From assembly GCA_950097015.1 (NCBI GenBank), contig CATNEN010000001.1, forward strand, positions 12,772,001 to 12,836,000: 64,000 nucleotides of DNA. The letters run 5' to 3'. Source of the stretch: Macrostomum hystrix (lineage: Eukaryota > Animalia > Platyhelminthes). Made by a program: the position numbers and the translations under genes. Of this stretch, positions 20,353-32,747 are shown one piece after another; within the stretch, counting starts at the first letter, position 1; each line of letters starts with the position of its first letter. The notes under the pieces are model-generated. The model did no database searches. It worked only from the letters and a program-made list of their open reading frames with translations, and was not told the origin of the DNA.

Positions 20353-23127
20353 CTGGAATGATGGGGAATTCAGTCAGCTGATTGACTGTGCACCTGCACA
20401 GACTGGCGTATCAAGCTCGATCATCAGCTGAAGCGCAGAGCAGAATCGCTAAAAGAATCAGCAACTTACGCAACCAAGCGGGTTAAGCGTCCGGCCGCCT
20501 CTTTAGCCCTCGATTCCCTGAAAATTTCAGAAACAGAGGCAAAAAATTCCCAACCGTGACCAGAATTAAAGCAATGACCCGAAAATGGAGGAAAACGTAA
20601 ATGAAAGAACTTAGTTAGAATTCTCACTTAGAATTCTTTCGTTGTCATTTTCAACTCAAAAAATAATGTATAACGCTGTGTAACGCTGTAAGGAATAAAG
20701 TACTCATACTCGTATTAGTTAAAGTGAAATGGTTGGGAGTTTTTGAAACCAGTGACCTGCCCTCATGAAGGATGGGAGTGTGGGAACGGGCGATAGAGTC
20801 GATGGTCTATTCGCCTAGCTGCTCGCGAGATGTCGCTGAGAGAAGGGGGAGGATGAGGAGGTTCAAAGGCCGCAAAGAGCGGTCCTATCGGCCTCAGGCT
20901 GGCCAGTCCCACTCGTCCCATAGGCCACAGGCATGACTGCCGTGCCTACCCCAAGCAATGCTCGAATCCGGCAAAAGGTCTAAGGGGGCTTCGGATTGTC
21001 CGGAATCGGACAAGACAGGGCTCAGCAGCCTACTGTCGTCAGTAGTGCGATACGCAGCTGACTCCTAGCTTCGGTAGCGGTGGTCGAATCGGCCTAGGCT
21101 CTTGTCACAGAACTGCGGAAAGGCTATCGGCAAAGCAGAAAGATGATCTAGGGTAGCGCAACCACCCAATGCGCCTACGTTGCCACCGCAGGCATTTGGG
21201 AACTTGGGTCCCCGGAGTACACAGCTCCTAGTTTATCACGCAGATCTAGACAAGCCGAAAAATGAGCAAACTGCAACTTCCGTTTTAGACTGGGGTGAGA
21301 GCCCCAGAATGGATCGAGACACGCCTCAAAAGGGGATTCCTGAATTCGCGCTACAGGGGTCTAGAAAGGTGGTACTAAGAACTTGAATGAGAATCCGTAG
21401 CCAGAATCCTACTCATAGCACATCAGACACATTTTATACATTAGACTGTAGCCTACGCATTCAGTAACTAACAAATCTGAATCCGTGTGAGTTGAGGAGA
21501 TCAGAGGCTGGAGAGATTATGCAGAACAACTGGCTGAATGATTACGCAAGCAGAGAGTAAGTTGATCACCCCTCTCGCTCGCCGCAGTTGCGAGAGGAGG
21601 GGAAAAGAAGGGGAATTCCATTGACAGGGGAGGTTGACACGCACATTTGAGTCTGCCAGAGAGTAAGGAAAACCGGCCAAGGAATCCCGCACCCTTAGAG
21701 GAAATGTACACGCTATACTCCGCATTTTACTCGCAAATCCCTAGCTCCTTGTTTCTCTCATGCGCGCTTACAGTTGCCTTCCTGCCGCAGCCTTCTAGCT
21801 CGGCCTCGCCAGAGCCCACCCCCTAATAAATTAGCCACTCATGTCTGAGGGCTGCCGAAGAGAGAAAATAATTAGGAAAACGACAAAGGAGAGATTTAAA
21901 TTGTACTAAAATAATAGGCCCAATAAATTAGTAAAGGCTGTAATTTCACGTTTATTAGGCTGATCAATCCCTAGGCCCGTGCCCGTTATTCCGCCGCCTA
22001 GCTGAAAGAATGTCCCTTAGGAATAACAATTAAAAGCCGCTGCGCGGGGTACTTTTCAGAAATGCCGGTCGCGCTGCTGCAGGCCGTCGTTCTCGCGGGA
22101 GGGATTCGGGCAAAAAATGAGGAGAGGAGATGGGAGTTTAGCTGCAACTTGGCAAAGGGGCCAAGACGCGGTGTGAGCGCGAAGCTCAATTTAGAGGCTC
22201 ACCTAAAGAGGTGGCTTGCACCCTTGAGGCAATGTACAATTACGGAGGCAATCTACTAAGCAGGCAATGGGCCTGCGACTGCTGGTTTGAGCTTAAAGCT
22301 CGAGGGTCGGAGCCCTAAGCTAGAGGAAATTGACTCCGGATGAGCGCGGGCTCAGCTTCGGGTGTCCGAAGGCTGCCCGCAGACTCAGAGTAGGAGCGGG
22401 GTCGCTCGCGGAGGTTCCGGGAGGAGAGTAGCTTCCAAAAGGGGAGAGATTGTGGAGCTTCTAAAGTGGGGGCAGCGCATTATTCCTTAAATAGGCGCCG
22501 CCAACCTCACATTCATCAAAATAACCCACATTCTCGCCGGCCTGTCAACGAGGAATCGAGTCGGCATTACGCCACCCCGATTTCCCACTGAACCGGCGGC
22601 GAGAAACGCCAGATGCCCCACTAGGAGCTTCTGCCGACAGTCTGCCAAATGATTGCGATTCCGCCAGGACAATGGGAAGCGCAGGCGCCGACCTGCCTAC
22701 GGTGACATTACATGTATGTAAAGGGGGAAAGGTCATATAATTGAGCTCGGCTCGGATTACAATAAAGAAGTGAGGACATGAAGAATTATTGCTCACTCGT
22801 GACGCATGAGTGATTCCCAATATCTGATCGCGGTTTGGTGGGGAATTATGACCTAAAATAGTTCATACAGTAAGCTATGGGCCGCGATCAGTCATTCCTA
22901 CAGCAGGGGACAAGACAGATCCAGGGAGAGGGGATCGATGGCTACTTAATTCACCACCGCCCCAGGCCCGGCCCTAAGATTAATGATCTTGTTTTGTGGC
23001 CAGCTGCTGGTTGGGTCGCGATTATTGATTGTCTAAAATTTCGAAAAAATTGGCTAGCTCACACCCACCACTCGATTCTCGAAGTACACTCCACCTCAAA
23101 AATACTATTACTGTATAAAGGACCCAC
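20353..23127 (-). other. Long-type intron 1 of gene C (2775 bp), with an unclassified GC-richer insert shared with D (35115-37889) and partly E (47118-48819)
   Basis: Near-identical between C and D. The equivalent intron in A is 268 bp (724-991). Confidence 0.8.
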
Positions 23128-24380
23128 CTCTTTGTCTGGTTCTCCAGCAGCCGCAGCACCTGCTGATGTCCCAGCTGCTCCGCCACCTGCGCGCACGTCT
23201 GGCCCCGACTGTCCCGATGACTCGCATCCGCTCCTCTGTCCATCAGAGTCTTGGCTGCTCGCACGTGACCCGCCTCACAAGCTCGCGACAGAGCTGTCCG
23301 ACCCTGACTGTCTTCAGCTCGCACTGACGCACCGAGATCCACCAGCCTCTCAATGAGCTCGTGATGACCTACATCAGCTGCCAGCATGAGAGCAGTGGCT
23401 CCTGTGCTGTCGGGCACATCGACATATTCTCTGCTGAATCGCTCGTCACGGAGGAGTGTGACAGCCAGTGCGACATGGCCATGGGAGATGGAGACACAGA
23501 GCAGCTGTGTGATCTGAGCTGGCTGCATTCGAGACAGAGTCTGGCTGAGAACATCGTTCCTGCCCTCAATGGCCATCGAGGCGGTGAAGCTGAGGACTTG
23601 GATGGACTGGAAGAGCCACTCGGGCTGAAGTCCAAGCTCCTTGACGACATTTTCACGGAGATAAGAGCAAGCCGCGACTGCACAGACATAACGAAAATCT
23701 TGGTCAGCATCTGTCCCCAAGAAAAATTTGACCACTTTCAACTGACCACATCTTGCAGCCCATTCGGCAGCCTCCTTGCAGCACTGATCTCTCAGTGTTT
23801 GGTCAGCAATTTTCGGCACCAAAAATTTGACCACTTCCAACTGACCCTTACTTGCCGCAGATTTCGCAGCCTCCTTGCAGCACTGATCTCTCAGTGTTTG
23901 GTCAGCAATTGTCGGCACCAAAAATTTGACCACTTCCCACTGACCATTGATTGCAGCAGATGCCGCAGCCTCCTTGCAGTACCCATCTCTCAGAGTTTGG
24001 TCAGCAATTGTCGGCACCAAAAATTTGACCACTTCCAACTGACCACTTCTTGCAGCAGGTCTCGCAGCATCCTTGCAGCACTGATCTCTCAGAGTTTGGT
24101 CAGCAATTGCCGGCACCAAAAATTTGACCACTTCCAACTGACCATTGATTGCAGCAGATTCCGCAGCCTCCTTGCAGCACTGATCTCTCAGTGTTTGGTC
24201 CGCAACTGTCTGCACCAGAAGTTTCACAATTTCCCAGTGACGGTGATTCGCAGCAAGACGCCAATGCACATTACACAGTCCATCTCTTCTGGAGCTGCTT
24301 TTGATTGATTTTAAGTGATTTCGAACTTCGGTTTCCAGCCCCTCTGCTACAGCTCGCTCAAAGCTGATTTTCTGTCCCAT
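23128..24380 (-). CDS. Gene C coding exon 1: 5 variable ankyrin-like repeats and canonical ANK
   Basis: ORF 23022..24380. Donor GTGGGT at 23127-23122, phase 2. The ORF tail after ..QTKR is intron read-through. Confidence 0.88.
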
Positions 24381-24477
24381 TTGTATGTTGCTTGGAGTTT
24401 TTAGAAACCTTCTTGACTTTCTTGATCTCTGAAAGTTTGATAAAAAAACTAATTAAAAAGGTCATAAAAATTATCAT

Positions 24478-24852
24478 GTGGATGGGATCAGCTGTGGATG
24501 GGATCAGCTGTGGATGGGATCAGCTGTGGATGGGATCAGCTGTGGATGGGATCAGCTGTGGATGGGATCAGCTGTGGATAGGATCAGCCGTGGATGGTAT
24601 CAGCTGTGGATGGGATCAGCTGTGGATAGGATCAGCTGTGGATGGGATCAGCTGTGGATGGGATCAGCTGTGGATAGGATCAGCTGTGGATGGGATCAGC
24701 TGTGGATGGGATCAGCTGTGGATGGGATCAGCTGTGGATGGGATCAGCTGTGGATGGGATCAGCTGTGGATGGGATCAGCATTGGATGGGATCAGCTGTG
24801 GATGGGATCAGCCGTGGATGGTATCAGCTGTGGATGGGATCAGCTGTGGATG
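24478..24852. repeat. 16-bp minisatellite upstream of gene C
   Basis: Direct reading of the sequence. Confidence 0.95.
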
Positions 24853-26333
24853 ATTAAATGCCCGTAGTGGGACTTTAATCCATCAGAATTTACTCCTGAA
24901 TGGGCTGTTTAAAAAACGGATAGAAGATTAGCTTAAGATAGGATTTTTTGTATACATGTGGGATCAGTCGGATCAGTCTTTTCAGCTTGGTCAGTCGGAG
25001 GGCGGACAGTCGGAGGGCGGGTTGTTGTCTTGCAGACGATGAAAATCAAGCTTTGTTCTGCGGAGGCGAAAGTACAAAGCTGTAAAAGTGCAAAGCCCAT
25101 CAGGCCAGAGCTACTCACCCGCAGCTGGAATTGAGCTCAGTGGCAGGCAGTTCTCAGCCTTCGTGAAACTCGGCAGCAGGTCGGCCCGCAGGAAATGTCT
25201 TCAGTTGAAGGCTCTGTTGAGTTTTCAGCTGCATTCATAGCCTGTGCCTGCCAAGCGGGTTTGGTGTGGCGGTCAGGCGGCATCTCATCTATGCTGCTAA
25301 ATATTTGCTGGCCCACAGTTGACCGGAAGCCAGCAGTGCCAGGTGAATCTGAGAGATGGCAGACTGGCCGACTGGCAGACCAAAGCATGCATTGCACATC
25401 TGCTTACTGGATATGCAGCAGCTATTCTGAACAACAAGCAGGTGTAACATCTGATAAGCCACTAGGCTGTGTGTTGCTGACTGCGTGCAGCTTCAATCAG
25501 CGACCAGAATCAGCACTGACTGAACAGGGTCGCTGAGCATCCATGGATTCTGATTACGAACATTTGTCTATCTTCCAGCGATGCTTGAATCAGAGCGAAA
25601 ATTAACAGCGAAGTTGTGCTAAACTGCAGTGGCATTTGTCACGCAGAAGCAATTAGATCGCTCAGAAAGAAAGCTCAGAGAATGCTCGAGCAATCTGAGT
25701 CACTTCTACTGTTTATTTAAACAAAAATACTCAGCCGAAAAATATGTACAAGATATCTGCAACCCTGAGTTGAGACGTACTCAAAATCCTGTCATTGCGT
25801 ACTTTAGTCTGGGAAACTAGGCAATTCATATCTCAAATGTGTCACATCTCACAGCTCACATGCCTCACATCTCACGTCTCACCTGTTTCACATTTCACAT
25901 TTCTCATGGCACTCATTCTCTCAGACAACTCAAGCAATTCTACTCGGCCGGGTGGTTCCTGTGGGCTCTGGCACACAATTATGTGGCAATAGACACGCAG
26001 ACTCCTGCACACTCGCTCTCAGATACCGATTGCAGTAACTCACCTTAAACAGCGATGTACATCTGCACTGACCTACTCATTATAAGGCAGTGTAAACACT
26101 GACTGTGCCTTGAGGTTTGGTTCTCAAGAACGCGAATTGCACGACAAGCCTTTAATCCTTCTCTCGGTTACTGTACCCCAAAAATGGGTCAGTGGATTCG
26201 AGCTCATGACCTCGGTGTGAGAGACGGGGGTGTTGTCCGCTCTGTCACTCACGTTACAGGAAGGGAAAAAAGGGCAAAATTACTAGTGAGAAAAAGGAAA
26301 TCACGATTAGGCAGCCTATAGGCAAGCTGATGT

Positions 26334-27785
26334 GCTGATTTGTCAGAGTGGATGCTGATTGGTCAGAGTGGATGCTGATTGGTCAGAGTGGATGCTGATT
26401 GGTCAGAGACGATGCTGATTGGTCAGAGAGGATGCTGATTGGTCAGAGTGGATGCTGATTGGTCAGAGAGGATGCTGATTGGTCAGAGAGGATGCTGATT
26501 GGTCAGAGTGGATGCTGATTGGTCAGAGAGGATGCTGATTGGTCAGAGAGGATGCTGATTGGTCAGAGTGGATGCTGATTGGTCAGAGTGGATGCTGATT
26601 GGTCAGAGAGGATGCTGATTGGTCAGAGTGGATGCTGATTGGTCAGAGAGGATGCTGATTGGTCAGAGTGGATGCTGATTGGTCAGAGTGGATGCTGATT
26701 GGTCAGAGTGGATGCTGATTGGTCAGAGTGGATGCTGATTGGTCAGAGTGGATGCTGATTGGTCAGAGTGGATGCTGATTGGTCAGAGTGGATGCTGATT
26801 GGTCAGAGTGGATGCTGATTGGTCAGAGAGGAAGCTGATTGGTCAGAGTGGATGCTGATTGGTCAGAGTGGATGCTGATTGGTCAGAGAGGATGCTGATT
26901 GGTCAGAGTGGATGCTGATTGGTCAGAGTGGATGCTGATTGGTCAGAGTGGATGCTGATTGGTCAGAGTGGATGCTGATTGGTCAGAGAGGATGCTGATT
27001 GGTCAGAGTGGATGCTGATTGGTCAGAGAGGATGCTGATTGGTCAGAGTGGATGCTGATTGGTCAGAGAGGATGCTGATTGGTCAGAGTGGATGCTGATT
27101 GGTCAGAGTGGATGCTGATTGGTCAGAGTGGATGCTGATTGGTCAGAGTGGATGCTGATTGGTCAGAGTGGATGCTGATTGGTCAGAGTGGATGCTGATT
27201 GGTCAGAGTGGATGCTGATTGGTCAGAGTGGATGCTGATTGGTCAGAGAGGAAGCTGATTGGTCAGAGTGGATGCTGATTGGTCAGAGTGGATGCTGATT
27301 GGTCAGAGAGGATGCTGATTGGTCAGAGTGGATGCTGATTGGTCAGAGTGGATGCTGATTGGTCAGAGTGGATGCTGATTGGTCAGAGTGGATGCTGATT
27401 GGTCAGAGAGGATGCTGATTGGTCAGAGTGGATGCTGATTGGTCAGAGTGGATGCTGATTGGTCAGAGTGGATGCTGATTGGTCAGAGAGGATGCTGATT
27501 GGTCAGAGTGGATGCTGATTGGTCAGAGTGGATGCTGATTGGTCAGAGTGGATGCTGATTGGTCAGAGTGGATGCTGATTGGTCAGAGTGGATGCCGATT
27601 GGTCAGAGTGGATGCCAATTGTTCAGAGTGGATGCTGATTGGTCAGAGTGGATGCTGATTGGTCAGAGTGGATGCTGATTGGTCAGAGTGGATGCTGATT
27701 GGTCAGAGTGGATGCTGATTGGTCAGAGTGGATGCCGATTGGTCAGAGTGGATGCCGATTGGTCAGAGTGGATGCCGATTGGTCA
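26334..27785. repeat. 20-bp minisatellite (GCTGATTGGTCAGAGTGGAT)n, longest copy
   Basis: Direct reading of the sequence. Confidence 0.95.
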
Positions 27786-28204
27786 AGGCACATTTCTACA
27801 GAGATTCAATGAAGATTTTTTAGACTTTAGAAGGACTTTAAAGTCTTTTAGACTTTTTAAACTGAGTAGAGCATCGCTCTGATTGAATTTCAGTGCAAAT
27901 TTATTTGTTATTGCTTAATTTTTAGACAATTTTTTTTGCTGCACCCGAACGGAACAATGCAAGCATTCAAAACTCAAGACCACGGGCCAACTTTTTGTTG
28001 CGCATCTTCTGAAACAAGAAACAAGTCGCCAGCTCTTCAGACCGTCGAGATATTCAATGTTTCTGGCCGAAGGTCCGATTTTTCCCATAAGAGCTAGTGT
28101 ATTTCATACACCCCTATACACGAATTTGCACTGCGCCTCAGTGCGGCCTTGCCAGGCCTTCAAACTTTATCAGCATGTTACCCGAATGTGCTTGCATCAT
28201 CGCC

Positions 28205-28532
28205 GGTCACCGAACTTTATCTAGACGGAGCTGCTGGACCTTCAACAAGTGGAACCAGCCGACTATGGAGTCCCTAAAGCGAATTTCTCTACTTTCGCTG
28301 ATCAAGCCTCGACATTGGGCGACACTCAACTACTCTACATGCTCCTCTAGTCCGTCAACCAATCAGTCACCACCACGACGACGTCAGCACCGTCAGCAGG
28401 GTGCCTCCAGCTGGCAATGGAGACCCTAAAGCGAATTTTTCTACTTTCTCTAATAAAGCCTCGATATTGGCCTAAACTCAACTATTACTTGTTTAAGGTC
28501 CAGCTGCTCCGTCTAGATAAAGGTAGGTGACC
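28205..28532. mobile_element. MITE-like element with 46-bp terminal inverted repeats and an internal ~69-bp direct repeat
   Basis: 28205-28250 is the reverse complement of 28487-28532 (4 mismatches). 28266-28334 is similar to 28417-28486. Confidence 0.5.
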
Positions 28533-28910
28533 ACTGAAGACGGAGATGGTCAAAGTTAAGTTTCTACTGTTAACTTTATATAATTCCGTTAAGTCTAGCT
28601 CAACTTTCGTCTACTTCCGCTAAATCTCTAAAAATTCCCTCAGCTTTCAAGCCCTGCAGCCGCTGCTTTTGCCATCAGCTGTTACCTCTGCTGAAAACAG
28701 CAAGAACTGATTCTCTAATGAACAGCAAATCTGCTCCAAAGAAAGTATGTTTAAACTGTGAAAACAGAAAAAGCAGATATATGAAATGCAGATATATACG
28801 ACATTAAATGTTAGAAATTATAAAGCGGTCCGATCAAAGTTACACCAACGTCAGACACCACAGCATGCTGCATTGTCCAGCGATGAACTGAAAGAAACGT
28901 ACCGCCACCT

Positions 28911-29204
28911 TCAGCTTGATGACAGGCGAGGACCTCGGCAGCTGTCTTCACTAGCTGTCATGCGGCTTCGGACGGTCTCAGTCTCCGTTTCCATAGAAAC
29001 TGCATGCGATCGATTTGATTTCCTTAGTCGCTCCAGCTTCTCCCTGACACAGCGGATCTTCTCCTCATCCAGCGTCTCCATGGCGACGCGTCTCTCGTCC
29101 CTGACGGTCTCCATCTGTCGCAGGTTGATCTCCGCGTGCTCAACTTAGTCGCTGTATTGAGCCAGAGTGAGCAGCTCCTCCAAGTCCGGGTCCTCTTGCA
29201 GCTC
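28911..29204 (-). pseudogene. 3' remnant of a sixth cGLR paralogue (end of exon 3)
   Basis: ELQEDPDLEELLTLAQYSD*VEHAEINLRQMETVRDERRVAMET.. with in-frame TAA at 29145-29147. Homology ends abruptly at 29204. Confidence 0.85.
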
Positions 29205-29489
29205 CTGTCTCTGAGCTGGGACACCTGTCTATGAGCTGGGACACCTGTCTATGAGCTGGGACACCTGTCTATGAGCTAGGACACCTGTCTATGAGCTGGG
29301 ACACCTGTCTATGAGCTGGGACACCTGTCTATGAGCTGGGACGCCTGTCTATGAGCTGGGACACCTGTCTATGAGCTGGGACACCTGTCTATGAGCAGGG
29401 ACACCTGTCTATCAGCTGGGACACCTGTCTATGAGCTGGGACACCTGTCTATGAGCTGGGAAACCTGTCTATGAGCTGGGACACCTGTC
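29205..29489. repeat. 20-bp minisatellite (CTGTCTATGAGCTGGGACAC)n
   Basis: Direct reading of the sequence. Confidence 0.95.
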
Positions 29490-29671
29490 TGCCTGCCGTC
29501 CGCCAGCCGCAGGTAGGTATCGAACAGTTGCACCATCATCTTCGCGGCAGCCTGGGCTTCAGTGGGCGTCGAACTGGGGAGCCGGAGTTACCAGGCTGGT
29601 CGGGTCAACCCGAGATTCGCCGGTCTGGCCATCTCCAGCGTGAGGCCGGCTTCTGCCGCACAGTGGGGGTT

Positions 29672-29900
29672 TCAGCAGGGCGATTCCGCTACTGGGCATC
29701 GCAACGCACTGACGGCCGCAAACGTCAGCTGCCTATCGACAGATACTCCGAGGTACTTGTCCTGGTCCTCGACCCTGAGCTCTTGGCCCGCAATAGCCAC
29801 CCAGACATTGTCTTTCCGGTCGAGACGGAAGACGCATTTCCTCTTGTTGAGGCTGAGCAGCCATTCCTCACTCCACCTGGCTAGCACGTCAGCTGCCTTC
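29672..29900 (-). mobile_element. Degenerate non-LTR retrotransposon (LINE) reverse-transcriptase C-terminal fragment
   Basis: LARWSEEWLLSLNKRKC...QELRVEDQDKYLGVSVDRQLTF fits the W..W.l.lN..K...KYLGV.lD..L.f motif at the end of LINE RT domains. Stops follow. Confidence 0.75.
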
Positions 29901-30047
29901 AGGACTTCACTGCTAGCTTTATTGAGTCTTCGCCGCTCACCAGACCGCCAGAACTTCCGAATCTTTGTCGGTCTTTGTGTGGTCTTCGTGCAAGAAGTCG
30001 TTACTGTAATTTGGAATAGAAGGGGTTACAGGATCGTGACTGGTTGG

Positions 30048-30308
30048 CTCTGTCTAACAGGTGACAGTCTCTGTCTAATAGGTGACAGTCTCTGTCTATC
30101 AGGTGACAGTCTCTGTCTAACAGGTGACAGTCTCTGTCTAACAGGTGACAGTCTCTGTCTAACAGGTGACAGTCTCTGTCTAACAGGTGACAGTCTCTGT
30201 CTATCTGTCTATCAGGTGACAGTCTCTGTCTAACAGGTGACAGTCTCTGTCTAACAGGTTCAGTCTCTGTCTTGCAGGTGACAGTCTCTGTCTTACAGGT
30301 GACAGTCT
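30048..30308. repeat. 21-bp minisatellite (TCTCTGTCTAACAGGTGACAG)n
   Basis: Direct reading of the sequence. Confidence 0.92.
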
Positions 30309-30410
30309 GAGGATCCGAGGACGGCTCCTCAATGAGAACTGCTCAGACTGAGGGTCTGGCCCTGCTCGGCAACTGGGCGGCCTCGCGAAAGGGACAGGTG
30401 GCAGAGGGGC

Positions 30411-31319
30411 GAGGGTGAGAGGACGGGGAAGAGGGTGAGAGGACGGGGTAGAGGGTGAGAGGACGGGGAAGAGGGTGAGAGGACGGGGAAGACGGTGAGA
30501 GGACAAGGAAGAGGGTCAGAGGACAGGGAAGAGGGTGAGAGGACGGGGAAGAGGGTCAGAGGACAGGGAAGAGGGTGAGAGGACGGGGAAGAGGGTGAGA
30601 GGACAGGGAAGAGGGTGAGAGAACGGGGAAGAGTGTGAGAGAACGGGGAAGAGGGTGAGAGGATGGGGAAGAGTGTGAGAGGACAAGGAAGAGGGTGAGA
30701 GAACAAGGAAGAGGGTCAGAGGACAGGGAAGAGGGTGAGAGGACGGGGAAGAGGGTCAGAGGACAGGGAAGAGGGTGAGAGGACGGGGAAGAGGGTGAGA
30801 GGACAGGGAAGAGGGTGAGAGAACGGGGAAGAGTGTGAGAGGACAAGGAAGAGTGTGAGAGAACGGGGAAGAGGGTGAGAAGATGGGGAAGAGTGTGAGA
30901 GGACAAGGAAGAGGGTGAGAGAACGGGGAAGAGGGTGAGAAGATGGGGAAGAGTGTGAGAGGACAAGGAAGAGGGTGAGAGAACGGGGAACAGAGTGAGA
31001 GAACGGGGAAGAGGGTGAGAGGACGGGGAACAGAGTGAGAGGACGGGGAACAGAGTGAGAGGACGGGGAAGAGGGTGAGAGGACGGGGAACAGAGTGAGA
31101 GGACGGGAAAGAGGGTGAGAGAATGGGGAAGAGGGTGAGAGGACGGGGAAGAGGGTGAGAGGACGGGGAAGAGGGTGAGAGGACGGGGAAGAGGGTGAGA
31201 GGACGGAGTAGAGGGTGAGAGGACAGGGAAGAGGGTGAGAGGACGGGGAAGAGCGTGAGAGGACAGGGAAGAAGGTGAGAGGAAGGGTAAGAGGGTGAGA
31301 GGACGGGGAAGAGGGTTAG
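30411..31319. repeat. 20-bp purine-rich minisatellite (GAGGGTGAGAGGACGGGGAA)n
   Basis: Direct reading of the sequence. Confidence 0.95.
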
Positions 31320-32747
31320 ACTCGTGAGGGTTAGATTGCACCTATTTAGCTGACTCCTGAGCACTCGCAGTCAGTTACCGTTTGCAGTAAGACACCTAAA
31401 ACATGTGTGTACATCTGCACTGGCTTATTCACTGTCAGGCAGTGTACACTCTCACTGTGCCTTGGCTTTTTGGAACGCGAGTTGCACGACAAGCCCTTAA
31501 TACTTCTCTCCGTGACTGCAGGCAGAATCAAGTTTGCCGCGGATTCGAGCTCAATACCACGGTGCGAGAGTCGGGATGTTGTCAGAGGCTGATCAGCACA
31601 CAGATTCCATGTAGATGGCATGAACTTTAGAAGGAAACTCAGGTGCCAAGCGCTTTGATTGGCTGGCAGTGCAGTGTATTTGATATCGATTTAAATTCGG
31701 GTGAATGGCAGTTTCTAATACGCACATTTCAGAGACAAGGTCGAATTAGAAGATCGAACGACAGCAAAAGTGCAGGTAGAATTGATTTACTTATTGGCTT
31801 AACTAAGAAAAGCAGCAAACAGAATGACTTCTGAATGATTGACAGTTGACATCATCAATTAACTTCAGGTAGAGATTGAGAATTCAGCATTTTTAGCCAG
31901 AGAAAAAATAGTCCTACGAAGTACTTCGGTGCCAGGTGCAACCAACATGAAAATTGACTTGCTTGAGTTACTACTGGAATATTTGAGTAGGACTTTATGT
32001 AAAATGGAAATACAAATGTTATATTTGGTTACCGTATGCATATCATATAGTCAAGGCTGTTTTCACATGAGCAATCAAAATCACAGATAATTGATTTTCA
32101 GATATAGAGCGAAATATCTGAATAAAATTTCTGACTTTATTTCTAAAATTCGCTTCAGAAATAAAGTCATGCAGCACAGCAACAACTCTCAGCAACCGGC
32201 CAGCATGCACTCTGAAGCTTAACTGCAAAACAAAGGGAGATCAGCAGTAGGAATACATCGATACATATGCAGTGATAAATTGACTGTTTACTTATTCAGT
32301 CAACTAAACTCAATAAACTCAACAGTCAGCATATGAAATGAGGACTGCACTGACTCACAATGTCCTGTATTATTGGCAGCGTTCGGAACCTTCATTAACG
32401 TTTGCTAACTTCCGTTAATAATTTTAGCGTCTTTCCAATATCTTCCGATAAATGAAAAAACTTCCGTTAAATTTTGTTGGCCTAGTCTTGCTGCTGCTGC
32501 TCGTGCGAGGGGCTGTAACCTCCGTTACCTCATTCAAATGGAAAAACTGACTAACGGTAAAAGTGCAGAACGACATTAATTCTGCTTCGATTGAGTGTTA
32601 TGAGGCACAGATTTACAGAAGTTTCAGTTTTAAGGGGATTCAACAAGAAAAAACGAACAGCTCTGAATGCTCAGATATTCTGCTTCACACAAAGCGAAAA
32701 CTTCCGCAGCTACTTTCTGTCTCCATGGCAACGCGTTAATGTTTATT

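Noticed and set aside
20405-20445. Possible hammerhead ribozyme (CTGATGA on the minus strand) in intron 1
   Set aside because: There is no correctly placed GAAA and no stem II loop geometry.
21501-21725. WNSP motif suggesting an LTR-retrotransposon RT in the intron insert
   Set aside because: The ORF is short and has no supporting RT motifs (no YxDD). Not enough to classify.
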